Both the position numbers and the translations under genes were made by a program. From Mustelus asterias (taxonomy: Eukaryota), in assembly GCF_964213995.1 (NCBI RefSeq), contig NC_135821.1, positions 54,064,001-54,128,000 of the forward strand: a DNA stretch of 64,000 bases, in the 5' to 3' direction. This document shows positions 24,501 through 35,054 of this stretch, piece by piece. Position 1 is the stretch's first letter. Each line of letters opens with the position of its first letter. The notes under the pieces were generated by a model that worked only from the letters and a program-made list of their open reading frames with translations, searched no databases and had not been told where the DNA came from.

Positions 24501-27500
24501 CGTCCTCTGATATCCGTGTTAAACCTCCCCCCCCGCCTCACCGTGAACCTATGACCCCTCGTGAACGTCACCACTGACCTGGGAAAAAGCTTCCCACCGT
24601 TCACCCTATGCCTTTCATAATTTTATACACCTCTATTAAGTCTCCCCTCATCCTCCGTCTTTCCAGTGAGAACAACCCCAGTTTACCCAATCTCTCCTCA
24701 TAACTAAGCCCTTCCATACCAGGCAACATCCTGGTAAACCTCCTCTGCACTCTCTCTAAAGCCTCCACGTCCTTCTGGTAGTGTGGCGACCAGAACTGGG
24801 CGCAGTATTCCAAATGCAGCCGAACCAACGTTCTATACAACCGCAACATCAGATCCCAACTTTTATACTCTATGCCCCGTCCTATAAAGGCAAGCATGCC
24901 ATATGCCTTATTCACTACCTTCTCCACCTGTGACGTCACCTTCAAGGATCTGTGGACTTGCACACCCAGGTCCCTCTGCGTATCAACACCCTTTATGGTT
25001 CTGCCATTTATCGTATAGCTCCCCCGTACGTTAATTCTACCAAAATGCATCACTTCGCATTTATCTGGAGTGAACTCCATCTGCCATTTCTTTGCCCAAA
25101 TTCCCAGCCTATCTATATCCTTCTGTAGCCTCTGACAATGTTCCTCACTATCTGCAAGTCCAGCCATTTTCGTGTCGTCCGCAAACTTATCACCCCAGTT
25201 ACACCTTCTTCCAGATCGTTTATATAAATCACAAACAGCAGAGGTCCCAATACAGAGCCCTGCGGAACACCACTAGTCACAGGCATCCAGCTGGAAAAAG
25301 ACCCTTCCACTACCACCCTCTGTCTTCTGTGACCAAGCCAGTTCTCCACCCATCTAGCCACCTCCCCCTTTATCCCATCTCGTGTCAAACTCCTTCATAA
25401 TTTTACAATCATAGAATCTCTACAGTGCAGGTGGTGGTCATTCAGCCCATTAAGCCTGCACCAACTCTCCGAAAGAGCATCTTACCCTGGACCTGCGCCC
25501 CACCTAACCCCATAACCCTGTGCATTTACCATGGCTAATCTACACATCTTTCAGTCTTTCCTTTTCTGCAAGAAAGCCTCACGCCTATTGATCTTTCCTC
25601 TAGTTACAACCTCAGTGCTACTATCATCCACGTAATTCTTTGTTGCACCTTCTCCAATACCTGGATATCCTTTTAACAAACGCACTTATTCACTCAGATA
25701 CCGGGTTGGATTAATGTACATGTGCATCAATCTTGCCCTTTCTTCAAAATGGGAAAATCAGTGAGGGAACCATTTAACCCGCTGTTTGATAGAATTGTCT
25801 GCTGACCTCTGTGGCAGAGTACTTCACAGTAAGAAGTTTAACAACACCAGGTTAAAGTCCAACAGCTTTATGTGGTAGCAAAAGCCACAAGCTTTCGGAG
25901 CCTTAAGCCCCTTCTTCTTGAGACACAAACTCAATTTACAGAATAATGGTTGGAATGTGAATACTTACAGCTAATCAAGTCTTTAAGATACAAACAATGA
26001 GAGTAGAGAGAGCATTAAGACAGGTTAAAGAGATGTGTATTGTCTCTAGACAGGACAGCCAGTGAGACTCTGCAGGTCCAGGCAAGCTGTGGGGATTCCA
26101 GATAGTGTGACATGAACCCAATATCCCAGTTGAGGCCGTCCTCATGAGTGCGGAACTTGGCAATCAGTTTCTGCTCAGCGACTCTGCACCGCCATGTGTC
26201 TTGAAGGCCGCCTTGGAGAACGCTTACCCGAATATCAGAGGCCAAATGCCTGTGACTGCTGAAGTGCTCCCCAACAGGAAGAGAACAGTCTTGCCTGGTG
26301 ATTGTCGAGCGGTGTTCAGAACACACGACGGCGCAGAGTCGCTGAGCAGAAACTGATAGCCAAGTCCTGCACACGAGGACGGCCTCAACCGGGATATTGG
26401 GTTCATGTCACACTATCTGGAATCCCCACAGCTTGCCTGGACCTGCAGAGTCTCACTGGCTGTCCTGCCTAGAGACAATACACATCTCTTTAACCTGTCT
26501 TAATGCTCTCTCCACTCACATTGTTTGTATCTTAAAGACTTGATTAGCTGTAAGTATTCGCATTCCAACCATTATTCTGTAAATTGAGTTTGTGTCTTTA
26601 TATGCCCTGTTTGTGAACAGAATTCCCACTCACCTGAAGAAGGGGCTTAAGGCTCCGAAAGCTTGTGGCTTTTGCTACCAAATAAACCTGTTGTACTTTA
26701 ACCTGGTGTCGTTAAACTTATTACTGTGTTTACCCCAGTCCAACGCCGGCATCTCCACAGCAGAGTACTTCAGCCAGGGGTTGTCTTAAAGCTTTTGAAA
26801 TCTATTGTTCATTTTTCTGAATCATAGTTTTGGGGTAAGTAGTTCATAAACCACAAATTACTGAAACAAGTTGCTTAATAGCTTATTTCCAGCCAATTTC
26901 ATCCATAACATTTTGCAAGTACAAGACTTCCATTGCCAAGCTAAGGATTTGTGTGGTATTGCATCTTTTTGTTTTTGGCGGTCATGACATGGACTTAAAT
27001 TTGCTGATGACATTTACAAGTTGATTGTTTAAAACTGCTTGTGGATGAATAATGAATGGTCAGAATTGATTTGTACCAATATGCAAATATAAACCTGCAA
27101 CTTATACATCAGTAAATCATAAGACCCAGAATATTTATAGAACGTACCCTTTCTTAGTTTGTGATGAACTCACTGGAGCACCTACCACAGCCTAGCAATT
27201 AGATAAATGAGGAAGCTACAATACAGATCGCAAGTTTACGAAACATAAAAAGTGCCTCAAAAACTGTCTGTAGTATTGGACTTCAAGTGACTGCTTCGGC
27301 ATCGAGGTTAGTATTTTTCAGACAAATAGCAGCAGTCTATTTTACAAATGCAATTCTATAATGATTAATTGCTGCATGTATCAACATGAAAAACAAAGTG
27401 ATTTTAATACTGCATTTTGCAATTGTGCAGGAGTTTACAATGGAGACACACACCTGGCATTGCACTTTGAAAATTAAACTTTCTGATTCAGGTTGGAAAG

Positions 27501-29167
27501 AACAGTATTGGTATTCAAAATGGAATTGCAGGTGCTATTTAGAGTTTGGGAGCAAATGCGTGATTCAAATTTCTAGAGCCCATAAAAACATCAACTTAAA
27601 ATAAAGTCATTTCAGAAGTCAATTAAGCCCCCACCTTATTCTTACCGAATACTCTCAGATCACTGGATAACAACCTTAAGAAAACCAACATATCAACCTC
27701 AGATCCTGAGTACTGAATCTAGGACTGTACAGATTTAGCTTAGGATATTGTACAGCACATTTATACAGTGAGCCATTTGACTCAAATTTCAATACAAAGG
27801 ACAGCATCTAATGTACTGGTTTGAGGGCATTGTGGAATTCAAACGCACATTGGTTCTCATCCATGAGAACATAGGAAATAGAGGAGGATTGGAGCCAATC
27901 GAACCTGCTTTGCCATTCAATAAGATCAAGACTGAACTTCAGCATCAACTCCACCTTTCCACCACATCCCGGATTACTGTAGATTCTTTGGAAATTATCG
28001 ATCTGTCTTGAGCATACACAAAAACTGAACATTCACAGCCTTCTGAGGCAGATAATTCCAAACATTTACAATCCCCAGCAGAAACTCCTAGTCAACTCAG
28101 TTCTAAATGAGCAGCCTCTTAACCCTGAGACTACAATCGCTGTTCTTGACTCTCCAGTTACAAATACAACCCTTCAACAAATACTCAGTCAAGCAAGCCC
28201 TTTAAGAATTTTAGGTTTTAACTACATCACTCCTCATTGTTCCAACTGATTAGATGGCCTAAAAGATTACAGGCCCATTCTAAAGTTAAAGTTTTAGTCA
28301 CAAGTTACATTGACATCCTACTCAATGAAAAACACACAAACAGTCCAAGAAGCACAACGTGATTGTCACGGAGGTTTTCCAAAAAATCCATCTTACAGAA
28401 ATATAATCGTTTTCTAGCCACAATATCTAATCTTAAGCTTTCCCTCGCGTTGCATCAGGCAATTATAAGCTTTGTGTTGCAGTTCTATTTTCGAGAGATG
28501 GCGAAAATATTCAAAAGCCATGAAACTTTACGCAGCTTTGCAAATTCTTAGATTAAATAAACCGTTTCCAAAATTGTGCGCCAAAAATAAAACTGAAAAA
28601 GAGCAGCAGCAGGTAATGTCAGCAATGTTGGGCGGTGGCTAGACTGGGGAGGGAGAATTTAAGGTATTAAAGAGTGAGTAAATGCTTAACCAATTAGCAG
28701 TTTAGGAGTAAACCGCCATCCTCACACTACAAGTGTATTAACCCAAATCAACAGCCCCGCCAAAAACAAAACTGACCACCCACCCCTCAAAAAAAGTAGA
28801 TAAAATGCAGAACCACACTGAGAAACAAGACTATCTGTAGTTACTGAATAAATATATAAACAGGAGCAGCCGTTTAATAAAGAATGGGAGGACTACAACA
28901 ACTGACATTTTTAAACCCACTGGGGAGACAGTGAACCCCCAGCGACTGACAGGCTGCAAAATGTCCCACACAGAGCCGGTGATGATCCCCGGGAGCGGGG
29001 GCAGCGGGCCCAACCGGCAGACAAAGGGTCTGGGAGGCCTTACCTGTGGGAACAATCTCCCCCTCCCCTCCCCTCCCCCGGAGCCCGGGGGCCCCCAGCC
29101 AGCGCGCCAAGCCGGAGCCGGCCTCCATTACCTCAGAGTGCGGCTGCGGCTCCGACACCGCCGACAT
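479..29167 (-). CDS. CLSPN: Claspin (Chk1 adaptor, replication checkpoint); exons 1-19, 3' end continues past the left edge
   Basis: 19 exons join in one frame (18 GT donors, one GC). The protein has the DSGKGS phosphodegron, [60 protein letters not shown] and three ExxxxCSGxF Chk1-binding repeats, all characteristic of vertebrate claspin. Confidence 0.97.
1187..1256 (-). CDS. CLSPN: CLSPN exon 18 ([23 protein letters not shown])
   Basis: Acidic; cttag acceptor, gtgagg donor; phase 2 to 0. Confidence 0.88.
1398..1515 (-). CDS. CLSPN: CLSPN exon 17, Chk1-binding repeat 3 ([14 protein letters not shown])
   Basis: Hand translation; tandem tag/cag acceptor; gtaaga donor. Confidence 0.92.
1725..1954 (-). 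CDS. CLSPN: CLSPN exon 16, Chk1-binding repeats 1 and 2 ([20 protein letters not shown])
   Basis: Within ORF 1699..1980; CKB motifs. Confidence 0.95.
2734..2885 (-). CDS. CLSPN: CLSPN exon 15 (SSGKLSEP...EDSQDLYN...LLDADG)
   Basis: Within ORF 2730..2924; highly conserved. Confidence 0.95.
3306..3523 (-). CDS. CLSPN: CLSPN exon 14 (DEDDS...[20 protein letters not shown]...SASK)
   Basis: Within ORF 3282..3572; highly conserved. Confidence 0.95.
4185..4320 (+). mobile_element. V-SINE 5' fragment
   Basis: tRNA-like head plus V domain. Confidence 0.75.
4389..4459 (-). CDS. CLSPN: CLSPN exon 13 (EQTSGNK...NSKL)
   Basis: tttcag acceptor, gtaatt donor; restores the SKL-DEDDS junction. Confidence 0.8.
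4808..4945. mobile_element. Short MITE-like element
   Basis: Imperfect TIRs gcaggattctccggc / gccgaagaattcttgc. Confidence 0.5.
5238..5343 (-). CDS. CLSPN: CLSPN exon 12 ([10 protein letters not shown]...SSFKFG)
   Basis: tttcag acceptor, gtaatt donor; open and phase-consistent. Confidence 0.78.
6331..6412 (-). CDS. CLSPN: CLSPN exon 11 ([11 protein letters not shown]...)
   Basis: cttag acceptor, gtaagt donor; phase 0 to 1. Confidence 0.85.
6895..7067 (-). CDS. CLSPN: CLSPN exon 10 ([19 protein letters not shown]...)
   Basis: Within ORF 6889..7104; conserved claspin block. Confidence 0.93.
8376..8564 (-). CDS. CLSPN: CLSPN exon 9 ([12 protein letters not shown]...TKP); ends at a GC donor
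   Basis: CAG|gcaagt donor gives the phase needed for TKPG-EKLQVL. Confidence 0.9.
10094..10728 (-). CDS. CLSPN: CLSPN exon 8 (SSKYQP...[19 protein letters not shown]...)
   Basis: ORF 10062..10625 extended to a tttcag acceptor; phase 2 to 1. Confidence 0.92.
12559..14748 (-). mobile_element. Full-length Tigger/pogo DNA transposon (2190 bp), DD32D transposase with 5' frameshifts
   Basis: Perfect 24-bp TIRs CAGGCAGTCCCCGGGTTACGAACG; TA target duplications; CDS from MAPKRK (14481) to 12814 with NVDETG, LDNAP and QPMDQG, 32 residues between D2 and D3. Confidence 0.96.
15198..15306 (-). CDS. CLSPN: CLSPN exon 7 ([26 protein letters not shown]...)
   Basis: Conserved [12 protein letters not shown] (PIP-box-like); gtaaga donor. 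Confidence 0.95.
15863..15946. mobile_element. ~84-bp Tigger-type MITE
   Basis: TA-CAGGCAGTCC ... GGACTGCCTG-CA; same terminal 10 bp as the Tigger element. Confidence 0.7.
15984..16065 (-). CDS. CLSPN: CLSPN exon 6 ([27 protein letters not shown])
   Basis: Resembles human [24 protein letters not shown]; gtgagg donor. Confidence 0.93.
18176..18330 (+). pseudogene. RPL39: Processed RPL39 pseudogene, copy A (1-nt deletion at codon 36)
   Basis: [50 protein letters not shown]; intronless; 155 nt rather than 156. Confidence 0.95.
18443..18597 (-). pseudogene. RPL39: Processed RPL39 pseudogene, copy B (same deletion), inverted relative to copy A
   Basis: [50 protein letters not shown]; 10 mismatches to copy A over 155 nt by hand count. 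Confidence 0.95.
19201..19281 (-). CDS. CLSPN: CLSPN exon 5 ([27 protein letters not shown])
   Basis: ttttag acceptor, AAG|gtaatt donor; 81 nt, open, phase 0-0; sequence poorly conserved. Confidence 0.7.
20885..21226 (+). mobile_element. Penelope-like element 3' fragment
   Basis: End of GIY-YIG ORF (DVGFMSHY); tail similar to the 26360-26725 and 33437-33928 copies; hammerhead motif. Confidence 0.8.
21133..21169 (+). ncRNA. Minimal hammerhead ribozyme motif (Penelope-associated)
   Basis: ccat-CTGACGA-aggagc agc gctct-GAAA-gctt-atgg. Confidence 0.6.
21482..21646 (-). CDS. CLSPN: CLSPN exon 4 (EESTEF...DSGCLL...[17 protein letters not shown])
   Basis: Hand translation resembles human DSGCLL..LESIRAAVK; gtgagt donor. 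Confidence 0.93.
21830..22317 (-). CDS. CLSPN: CLSPN exon 3 (DSEEEIF...KRAKP)
   Basis: Within ORF 21797..22348; ccag acceptor, gtatgg donor; phase 1 to 0. Confidence 0.92.
23656..23764 (-). CDS. CLSPN: CLSPN exon 2 (LTFGEEK...DSGKGS...SDK)
   Basis: tttccag acceptor, gtttgt donor; DSGxxS beta-TrCP degron. Confidence 0.9.
24287..25380 (-). mobile_element. CR1-type LINE, 5'-truncated RT fragment
   Basis: [20 protein letters not shown]...[10 protein letters not shown]...[14 protein letters not shown], one frameshift, simple-repeat tail. Confidence 0.93.
25827..26759. mobile_element. Penelope-like element as two inverted 3' halves, 13-bp target duplication
   Basis: GIY-YIG C-terminus ([28 protein letters not shown]); ~25827-26180 inverted at ~26340-26726; GCAGAGTACTTCA at 25814 and 26760. 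Confidence 0.88.
26631..26667 (+). ncRNA. Minimal type-I hammerhead ribozyme motif (Penelope-associated)
   Basis: cac-CTGAAGA-aggggc ttaa ggctcc-GAAA-gctt-gtg: core boxes, stem II, palindromic stem III. Confidence 0.65.
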
Positions 29168-29880
29168 GGCGGAGTTAGGAATTAAATCACTTCGAGTGAG
29201 GGGATAAAGAAGGAGGCGGTGGTTCCGAAGCGCTGTCGCTGACAGAAACTCTTATGTTTTTTTAACGGTCACTTCAGGCCAGCCATCAATAACAGGCGCC
29301 TCTCCACTCGCCAGCAGCGGGAAAGCTTCTGCCGCAAAAAAAACTCGGAGACGCTCGTCTAATTCGGCCTTCCCGCCAGCCGCACAGCGCATGCGCCCCG
29401 ATTGAAGCCCCGCCCCTGCTTGGTGCCCAGGAAAGGCTGGAGGCGCCCCGCCCCCCCTCTGTGACTGGTGCCGAGGAGCAAGACCCAGCCCCTTTTCCAC
29501 AAGCCACGCCCCCTTTCTGCTCAGGAGGCTCCGGGCCCCGCCCCCACGCCCTCTGTGACTTGGTGTCCAGGAGCAAAGCCCCGCCCCCTCCGAATCGGGA
29601 GGCCCCTTCTCTCACAGACCGCACCCGGACTGACTGGTGCCGAGGAGCAAGGCCACGCCCCTTCCCCCCAGCCCCGCCCCTGGCTCCGGAGGCTCCGCCT
29701 CTGGTTGTTCTGTCAAAGGAGACTCCGCCCTTCAGCGCTGAGTGAGACGCGCCCAGCGGCAGCTGGCGCCTCTGATTGGAGCCTTCCTTCCTCAGCGCTG
29801 CAGCGGCAAATTTGAAATAGACCCTCTCTGATTGACAGTGGGCGGTGGGCACACGGGGGACACGACTGGGCCCCACCGTT
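28950..29880 (-). promoter_or_regulatory. CLSPN CpG-island promoter
   Basis: GC/CpG-rich; E2F-like GCGGGAAA (~29317) and TTCCCGCC (~29370), NRF1-type GCGCATGCGC (~29388), many GC boxes, CCAAT (ATTGG ~29775), CHR-like TTTGAAA (~29810). Confidence 0.8.
29132..29167 (-). CDS. CLSPN: CLSPN exon 1 coding part ([12 protein letters not shown])
   Basis: ATG in gccATG context in a CpG island; GAG|gtaatg donor, phase 0, matches exon 2. Confidence 0.8.
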
Positions 29881-29982
29881 ACATAATAGAAATAAAAAAT
29901 CATCATAACAATTGCATGTAGGGCACCATTTTTATAATCACTAAACAATGGGTTTAAATATACATATTTTTAAAATTATATA

Positions 29983-30411
29983 GAAACATAGACGATAGGA
30001 GCAAGAGGCCATTTGGCCCTTCACGCCACTCTGCTATTCATCACAATCATGGCTGATCGTCCATCCCGAGCCTAATCCTGCTTTCTCCCCATATCCTTTG
30101 ATCCTATTCACCCCAAGTGCTATATCTAGTCCCCTCTTGAATACATTCAATCTTTTTGACATCGCCTTCTTCCTGTGGTAATGATTTCCATAGGCTCACC
30201 ACTTTTTGGGTGAAGAAATGTCTCCTCACCTCCATCTTAAATGGTCTACCCCGACTCCTCAGATGGTGACCCCTGGTTCTGGACTCCCCCACCATTGGGA
30301 TTATCCTCCCTGCAGCTACTCTGTCTAGCCCTGTTAGAATGTTATAAGTCCCTATGGAGGACCTCCCCCCTCATTCATCTGAACTGCAGCGAAAACAATC
30401 CTAACCTAATC
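29983..30411 (-). mobile_element. CR1 LINE 3' end
   Basis: GESRTRGH.LR..GRPFK.EVRRHFFTQKVV; tail similar to the other CR1 copies. Confidence 0.8.
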
Positions 30412-30589
30412 AAGTTACAGGGAACCCGACAGAGAACCAATCTACAGAGAAAGGAAACTTAGCTATGACTGTAACACTCCATTCTGCACACTCTCCTTTC
30501 CTTCTCTATGAACAGTATGCTTTGTCTGTATAGTGCACAAGAAATAATACTTTTCATTGTATAATTACATGTGACAATAAATCAAATCA

Positions 30590-31377
30590 AATCATAGAAT
30601 CCCTACAGCACAAAAGACGGCCATTCGACCCATCGAGCCTGCACTGACAAGTTTTCTTTTTTAAGTTTTTTATTTATTTTTATTAGTGTCACAAGTAGGC
30701 TTACATTAACACGGCAATGAGGTTACTGTGAAAATCCCCTAATTGCCACACTCCGATGTCAGTTTGGGTACACTGAGGGAGCATTTAGCATGGCCAATGC
30801 ACCTAACCAGCACTTCCCTGGGAGGAAACCGGGGCATCCGGAGAAAACCCATGCAGACACGGGGAGAAAATGCAGACTCTGCACAAACAATGACCCAAGC
30901 CGGGAATTGAACCTGGGTCCTTGGTGCTGTGTGGCAGCAGTGCTAACCACTGTGCTGTCCTAAAAATCCAAAACAGAATTCAGAAAAAACTTCACCCGAT
31001 AAGTGATAAGAACATTAAACCCTGTGATACTGAGTGTTGAAGCAAATAGCATTGATACATTTAAGGGTAAACGAGACAAGCATGAAAGACAGGGATAATT
31101 AAAAGTTTATTTATTAGTCACAAGTAGGCTTACATTAACACTGCAATGAAGTTAATTGTGAAAATCCCATAGTAGCCACACTCCGGTGCCTGCTTGGGTT
31201 CACTGTGGGAGAATTTTAGCATGGCCAATCCACCTAACCAGCATATCTTTCGGACTGGGGGAGGAAACTGAAGCACTTGGAGGAAACCCACGCAGACATG
31301 GAGAACGTGCAGACTCCGCACAGACAGTGACCCAAGCCTGGAATCAAACCCAGGTCCCTGGTGCTGTGAGGCAGCAG
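30590..31377 (-). mobile_element. Two V-SINEs (~30670-30955, ~31103-31377) with an alternative tail (...gtaagcctacttgtgacactaataaa)
   Basis: V domain plus a tail also present at ~14830-14930 and ~48010-48110. Confidence 0.8.
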
Positions 31378-33436
31378 AGCCACCCCATTGTTTGGCAACA
31401 ATGGCAGATTTAGATTACGATGAGGCACAAGGTCAGCATAACTGTTGGGCTAGCTGGCCTGTTTCTATGCCATATATCCTATAAAATCCTGTGAGGTTTT
31501 TCACCTTCCTTCTCTTAACTGTTGTTCCCTGTAGACAAAAAGGATGTTTATCCTTCAATAAACACACAGATGGTGGTAGAAGTTGAGTCGATTTGACATG
31601 GTAGAAGCACAAATAAGGAAGAGGAATGGAGACTGCAAAGAGTTCTTGCACGTGGAAAATTTCCTTTGCGATGTCTTGCTGGTCACATTTTCCCCTCAGT
31701 CAGCAGGTTAAGGAATACATTGAGGAATACATTCAAGCTCCCACGTTACTATTTTGAAGAGCAGGGATTTTCACTCCAGTACCCTGGCCCATGTTTTCCC
31801 CTCAATCAACATCTGTAAAACTGTTCTTACATTAGAAAATGCTGGAATTACTCAGCAGATCAGGCAGCATCACACTTGCAATGTTAATTTCTCTCCACTA
31901 AGAACATAAGAAATAGGAGCAGGAGTAGGCCATCTAACCCCTCGAGCCTGCCCCGCCATTCAATACGATCATGGCTGATCTGAAGTGGATCAGTTCCACT
32001 TACGCGCCTGATCCCTATAACCCCTAATTCCCATACCGATCAGGAATCCATCTATCCGTGATTTAAACATATTCAACGAGGTAGCCTCCACCACTTCAGT
32101 GGGCAGAGAATTCCAGAGATTCACCACCCTCAGAGAAGTTCCTCCTCAACTCTGTCCTAAACTGACCCCCCTTTATTTTGAGGCTGTGCCTCCAGTTCTA
32201 GTTTCCTTTCTAAGTGGAAAGAATCTCTCCATCTCTACCCTATCCAGCCCCTTCATTATCTTATAGGTCTCTATAACATCCCCCCTCAGCCTTCTAAATT
32301 CCAACGAATACAAACCCAATCTGCTCAGTCTCTCCTCATAATCAACACCCCTCATCTCTGGTATCAACCTGGCAAACCTTCTCTGCACTCCCTCCAAGGC
32401 CAATATATCCTTCCGCAAATAAGGGGACCAATACTGCACACAGTATTCCAGCTGCGGCCTCACCAATGCCCTGTACAGATGCAGCAAGACATCTCTGCTT
32501 TTATATTCTATCCCCCTTGCGATATAGGCCAACATCTCATTTGCCTTCTTGATCACCTGTTGCACCTGCAGACTGGGTTTTTGCATCTCATGCACAAGGA
32601 CCCCGAGGTCCCTCTGCACAGCAGCATGTTGTAATTTCTTTCCATTTAGATAATAATCCAATTTGCTATTATTTCTTCCAAAGTGAATAACCTCGCATTT
32701 GTTAACGTTATACTCCATCTGCCAGATCCTCGCCCACTCACTCAGCCTGTCCATATCTCTCTGCAGACCTTCTACGCCCTCCACATGATTCACTTTTCCA
32801 CTTATCTTTGTGTCGTCTGCAAACTTTGTTACCCTACACTCTGTCCCCTCCTCCAGATCGTCTATATAAATGGTAAATAGTTGAGGCCCCAGTACCGATC
32901 CCTGCGGCACGCCACTAGTTACCATCTGCCAACCAGAAAAGCACCCATTTATTCCGACTCTCTGCTTCCTGTCAGATAGCCAATCCCCAATCCACGCTAA
33001 CACCCTACCCCCAACTCCGTGTGACCCAATCTTCTTCAGCAACCTTTTGTGAGGCACCTTATCAAACACCTTTTGGAAATCCAAAAACACCGCATCCACC
33101 GGTTCCCCTCCGTCAACTGCACTAGTCACATCTTCATAAAAATCCAACAAGTTCGTCAAGCACGACTTTCCCCTCATGAATCCATGCTGCGTCTGCTTAA
33201 TCGAACCATTCTTATCCAGATGGCCTGCTATTTCTTCTTTAATGATGGATTCCAGCATTTTCCCAACTACAGACGTCAAGCTAACCGGCCTGTAGTTACC
33301 CGCTTTTTGTCTATTTCCTTTTTTACACAGCGGCGTAACATTAGCCGTTTTCCAATCCGTCGGCACTACCCCAGAATCCAACGAATTTTGATAAATAACC
33401 ACTAACGCATCCGCTATTACCTCTGACATTTCTTTC

Positions 33437-33928
33437 AGTAAGAAGTTTAACAACACCAGGTTAAAGTCCAACAGGTTTATTTGGTAGCAAAAGCCACACA
33501 AGCTTTCGGAGCTCCAAGCCCCTTCTTCAGGTGAGTGGGAATTCTGTTCACAAACAGGGCATATAAAGACACAAACTCAATTTACATGAATAATGGTTGG
33601 AATGCGAATACTTACAACTAATCAAGTCTTTAAGAAACAAAACAACGTGAGTGGAGAGAGCATCAAGACAGGCTAAAAAGATGTGTATTGTCTCCAGACA
33701 AGACAGCCAGTGAAACTCTGCAGGTCCAGGCAACTGTGGGGGTTACAAATAGTGTGACATGAACCCAATATCCCGGTTGAGGCCGTCCTCGTGTGTGCGG
33801 AACTTGGCTATCAGTTTCTGCTCAGCGACTCTGCGCCGTCGTGTGTCGCGAAGGCCGCCTTGGAGAATGCTTACCCGAATATCAGAGGCCGAATGCCCGT
33901 GACCGCTGAAGTGCTCCCCAACAGGAAG
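33437..33928 (-). mobile_element. 5'-truncated Penelope-like element inserted in a CR1 ORF2
   Basis: Same family as the 25827 copy; TCTTTCAGTA duplicated at 33431 and 33929; CR1 reads HPRVLK|EMSEVIAD once it is removed. Confidence 0.9.
33497..33533 (-). ncRNA. Minimal hammerhead ribozyme motif (Penelope-associated)
   Basis: Reverse complement cac-CTGAAGA-aggggc ttgg agctcc-GAAA-gctt-gtg. Confidence 0.62.
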
Positions 33929-35054
33929 TCTTTCAGTACCCTGGGATGCATTCCATCCGGGCCCGGGTACTTGTCCACCTTCAGTCCCGTTAGTCTACCA
34001 AGCACCGCCTCCCTGGTAACATTAATTGTATTGAGTACCTCTCCTCCTACCAACCCTCTATCGTTAATATTCGGTAAACTATTTGTGTCTTCCACCGTGA
34101 AGACCGACACAAAAAACTTATTTAAAGTTTCAGCCATTTCCTCATTTCCCACTATTAAATCCCCCCTCTCGTCCTCCAAGGGTCCAACATTCACTCTTGC
34201 CACTCTATTCCTTTGTATATATTTGTAAAAGCTTTTACTATCATTTTTTATATTTAGAGCAAGCCTAGCTTCATAACCTATCTTTCCTTTCTTAATCGCT
34301 TTCTTAGTCGTTCTTTGTTGATACTGTCTTGCCTGAGTTCTTCGAGTATTCTTAGTTTTAGTTCAGATTTTCAGCATCCACAATATTTTGCTTTTGCATT
34401 GATAAAATTGATGATCTGGTTATTAGTATGTTGCTGTTTAAGGGACCATGTTGTGTATAATTAGCTACCACTTATGTTACATTACAACATTCCAAAAAGT
34501 ACTTTGGCAGCTGTACAATGCCTAGGACATTGAGGTTGCGAAATTCACTATATAAATGCACGTGGCTCCGAGAAATTCAGAGCACAGTAGGTATTCATTT
34601 AGCCGATCCTGTCTTCACATACTCTTTGAAAGAGCACTTAGTCCCACATCCATGCTTCTTGTCCATACCCTTCTTCATCTCATTTTGCATTGCCTATTAC
34701 TCTTAACACAAACTTGCTTAACCTAAACTGAAAATTTATTGCAGACTTATACTTTGAGTTTTAAATTCATCAGCCTGAAGCATTAACTCAGTTTTAATTT
34801 GCACTTTAAAGTTTGCTTTTAAATAAAAATAAACTTTGCATTAGTATATCTTACAATGGTATCAGCCATCAGCTAGATTGCATTAAACCAATAATGGTAT
34901 CTTATCTCATTAGACTATCTTAAACCATAACTTACAATGCATCACCACTTGCTTTACAATTATGGGAACAGAGCAGCATAAGCATGCAGCAGTTGATTAA
35001 AAATCCTAGTAATCACCCACCCTGACTGGCATTAGAGCACAACGGCAGTAAATA

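Larger units (their letters stand above)
31899..34320 (-). mobile_element. CR1-type LINE ORF2 (RT), young, interrupted by Penelope
   Basis: ORFs 32173..33501 and 33871..34203: [32 protein letters not shown]. Confidence 0.96.

Noticed and set aside
29405-29700. CRISPR-like repeat-spacer pattern
   Set aside because: Degenerate GC-box repeats with irregular spacing in a vertebrate promoter; no cas genes
28874-29948. GC-rich ORFs around the CLSPN promoter, and similarly at 55612-56361
   Set aside because: Expected stop-codon scarcity in CpG islands; only the first 12 codons of 28874..29167 fit the gene model
32173-33501. 442-aa RT ORF as an autonomous or domesticated gene
   Set aside because: N-terminus is chance read-through from the Penelope tail; the CR1 is 5'-truncated with no endonuclease or ORF1
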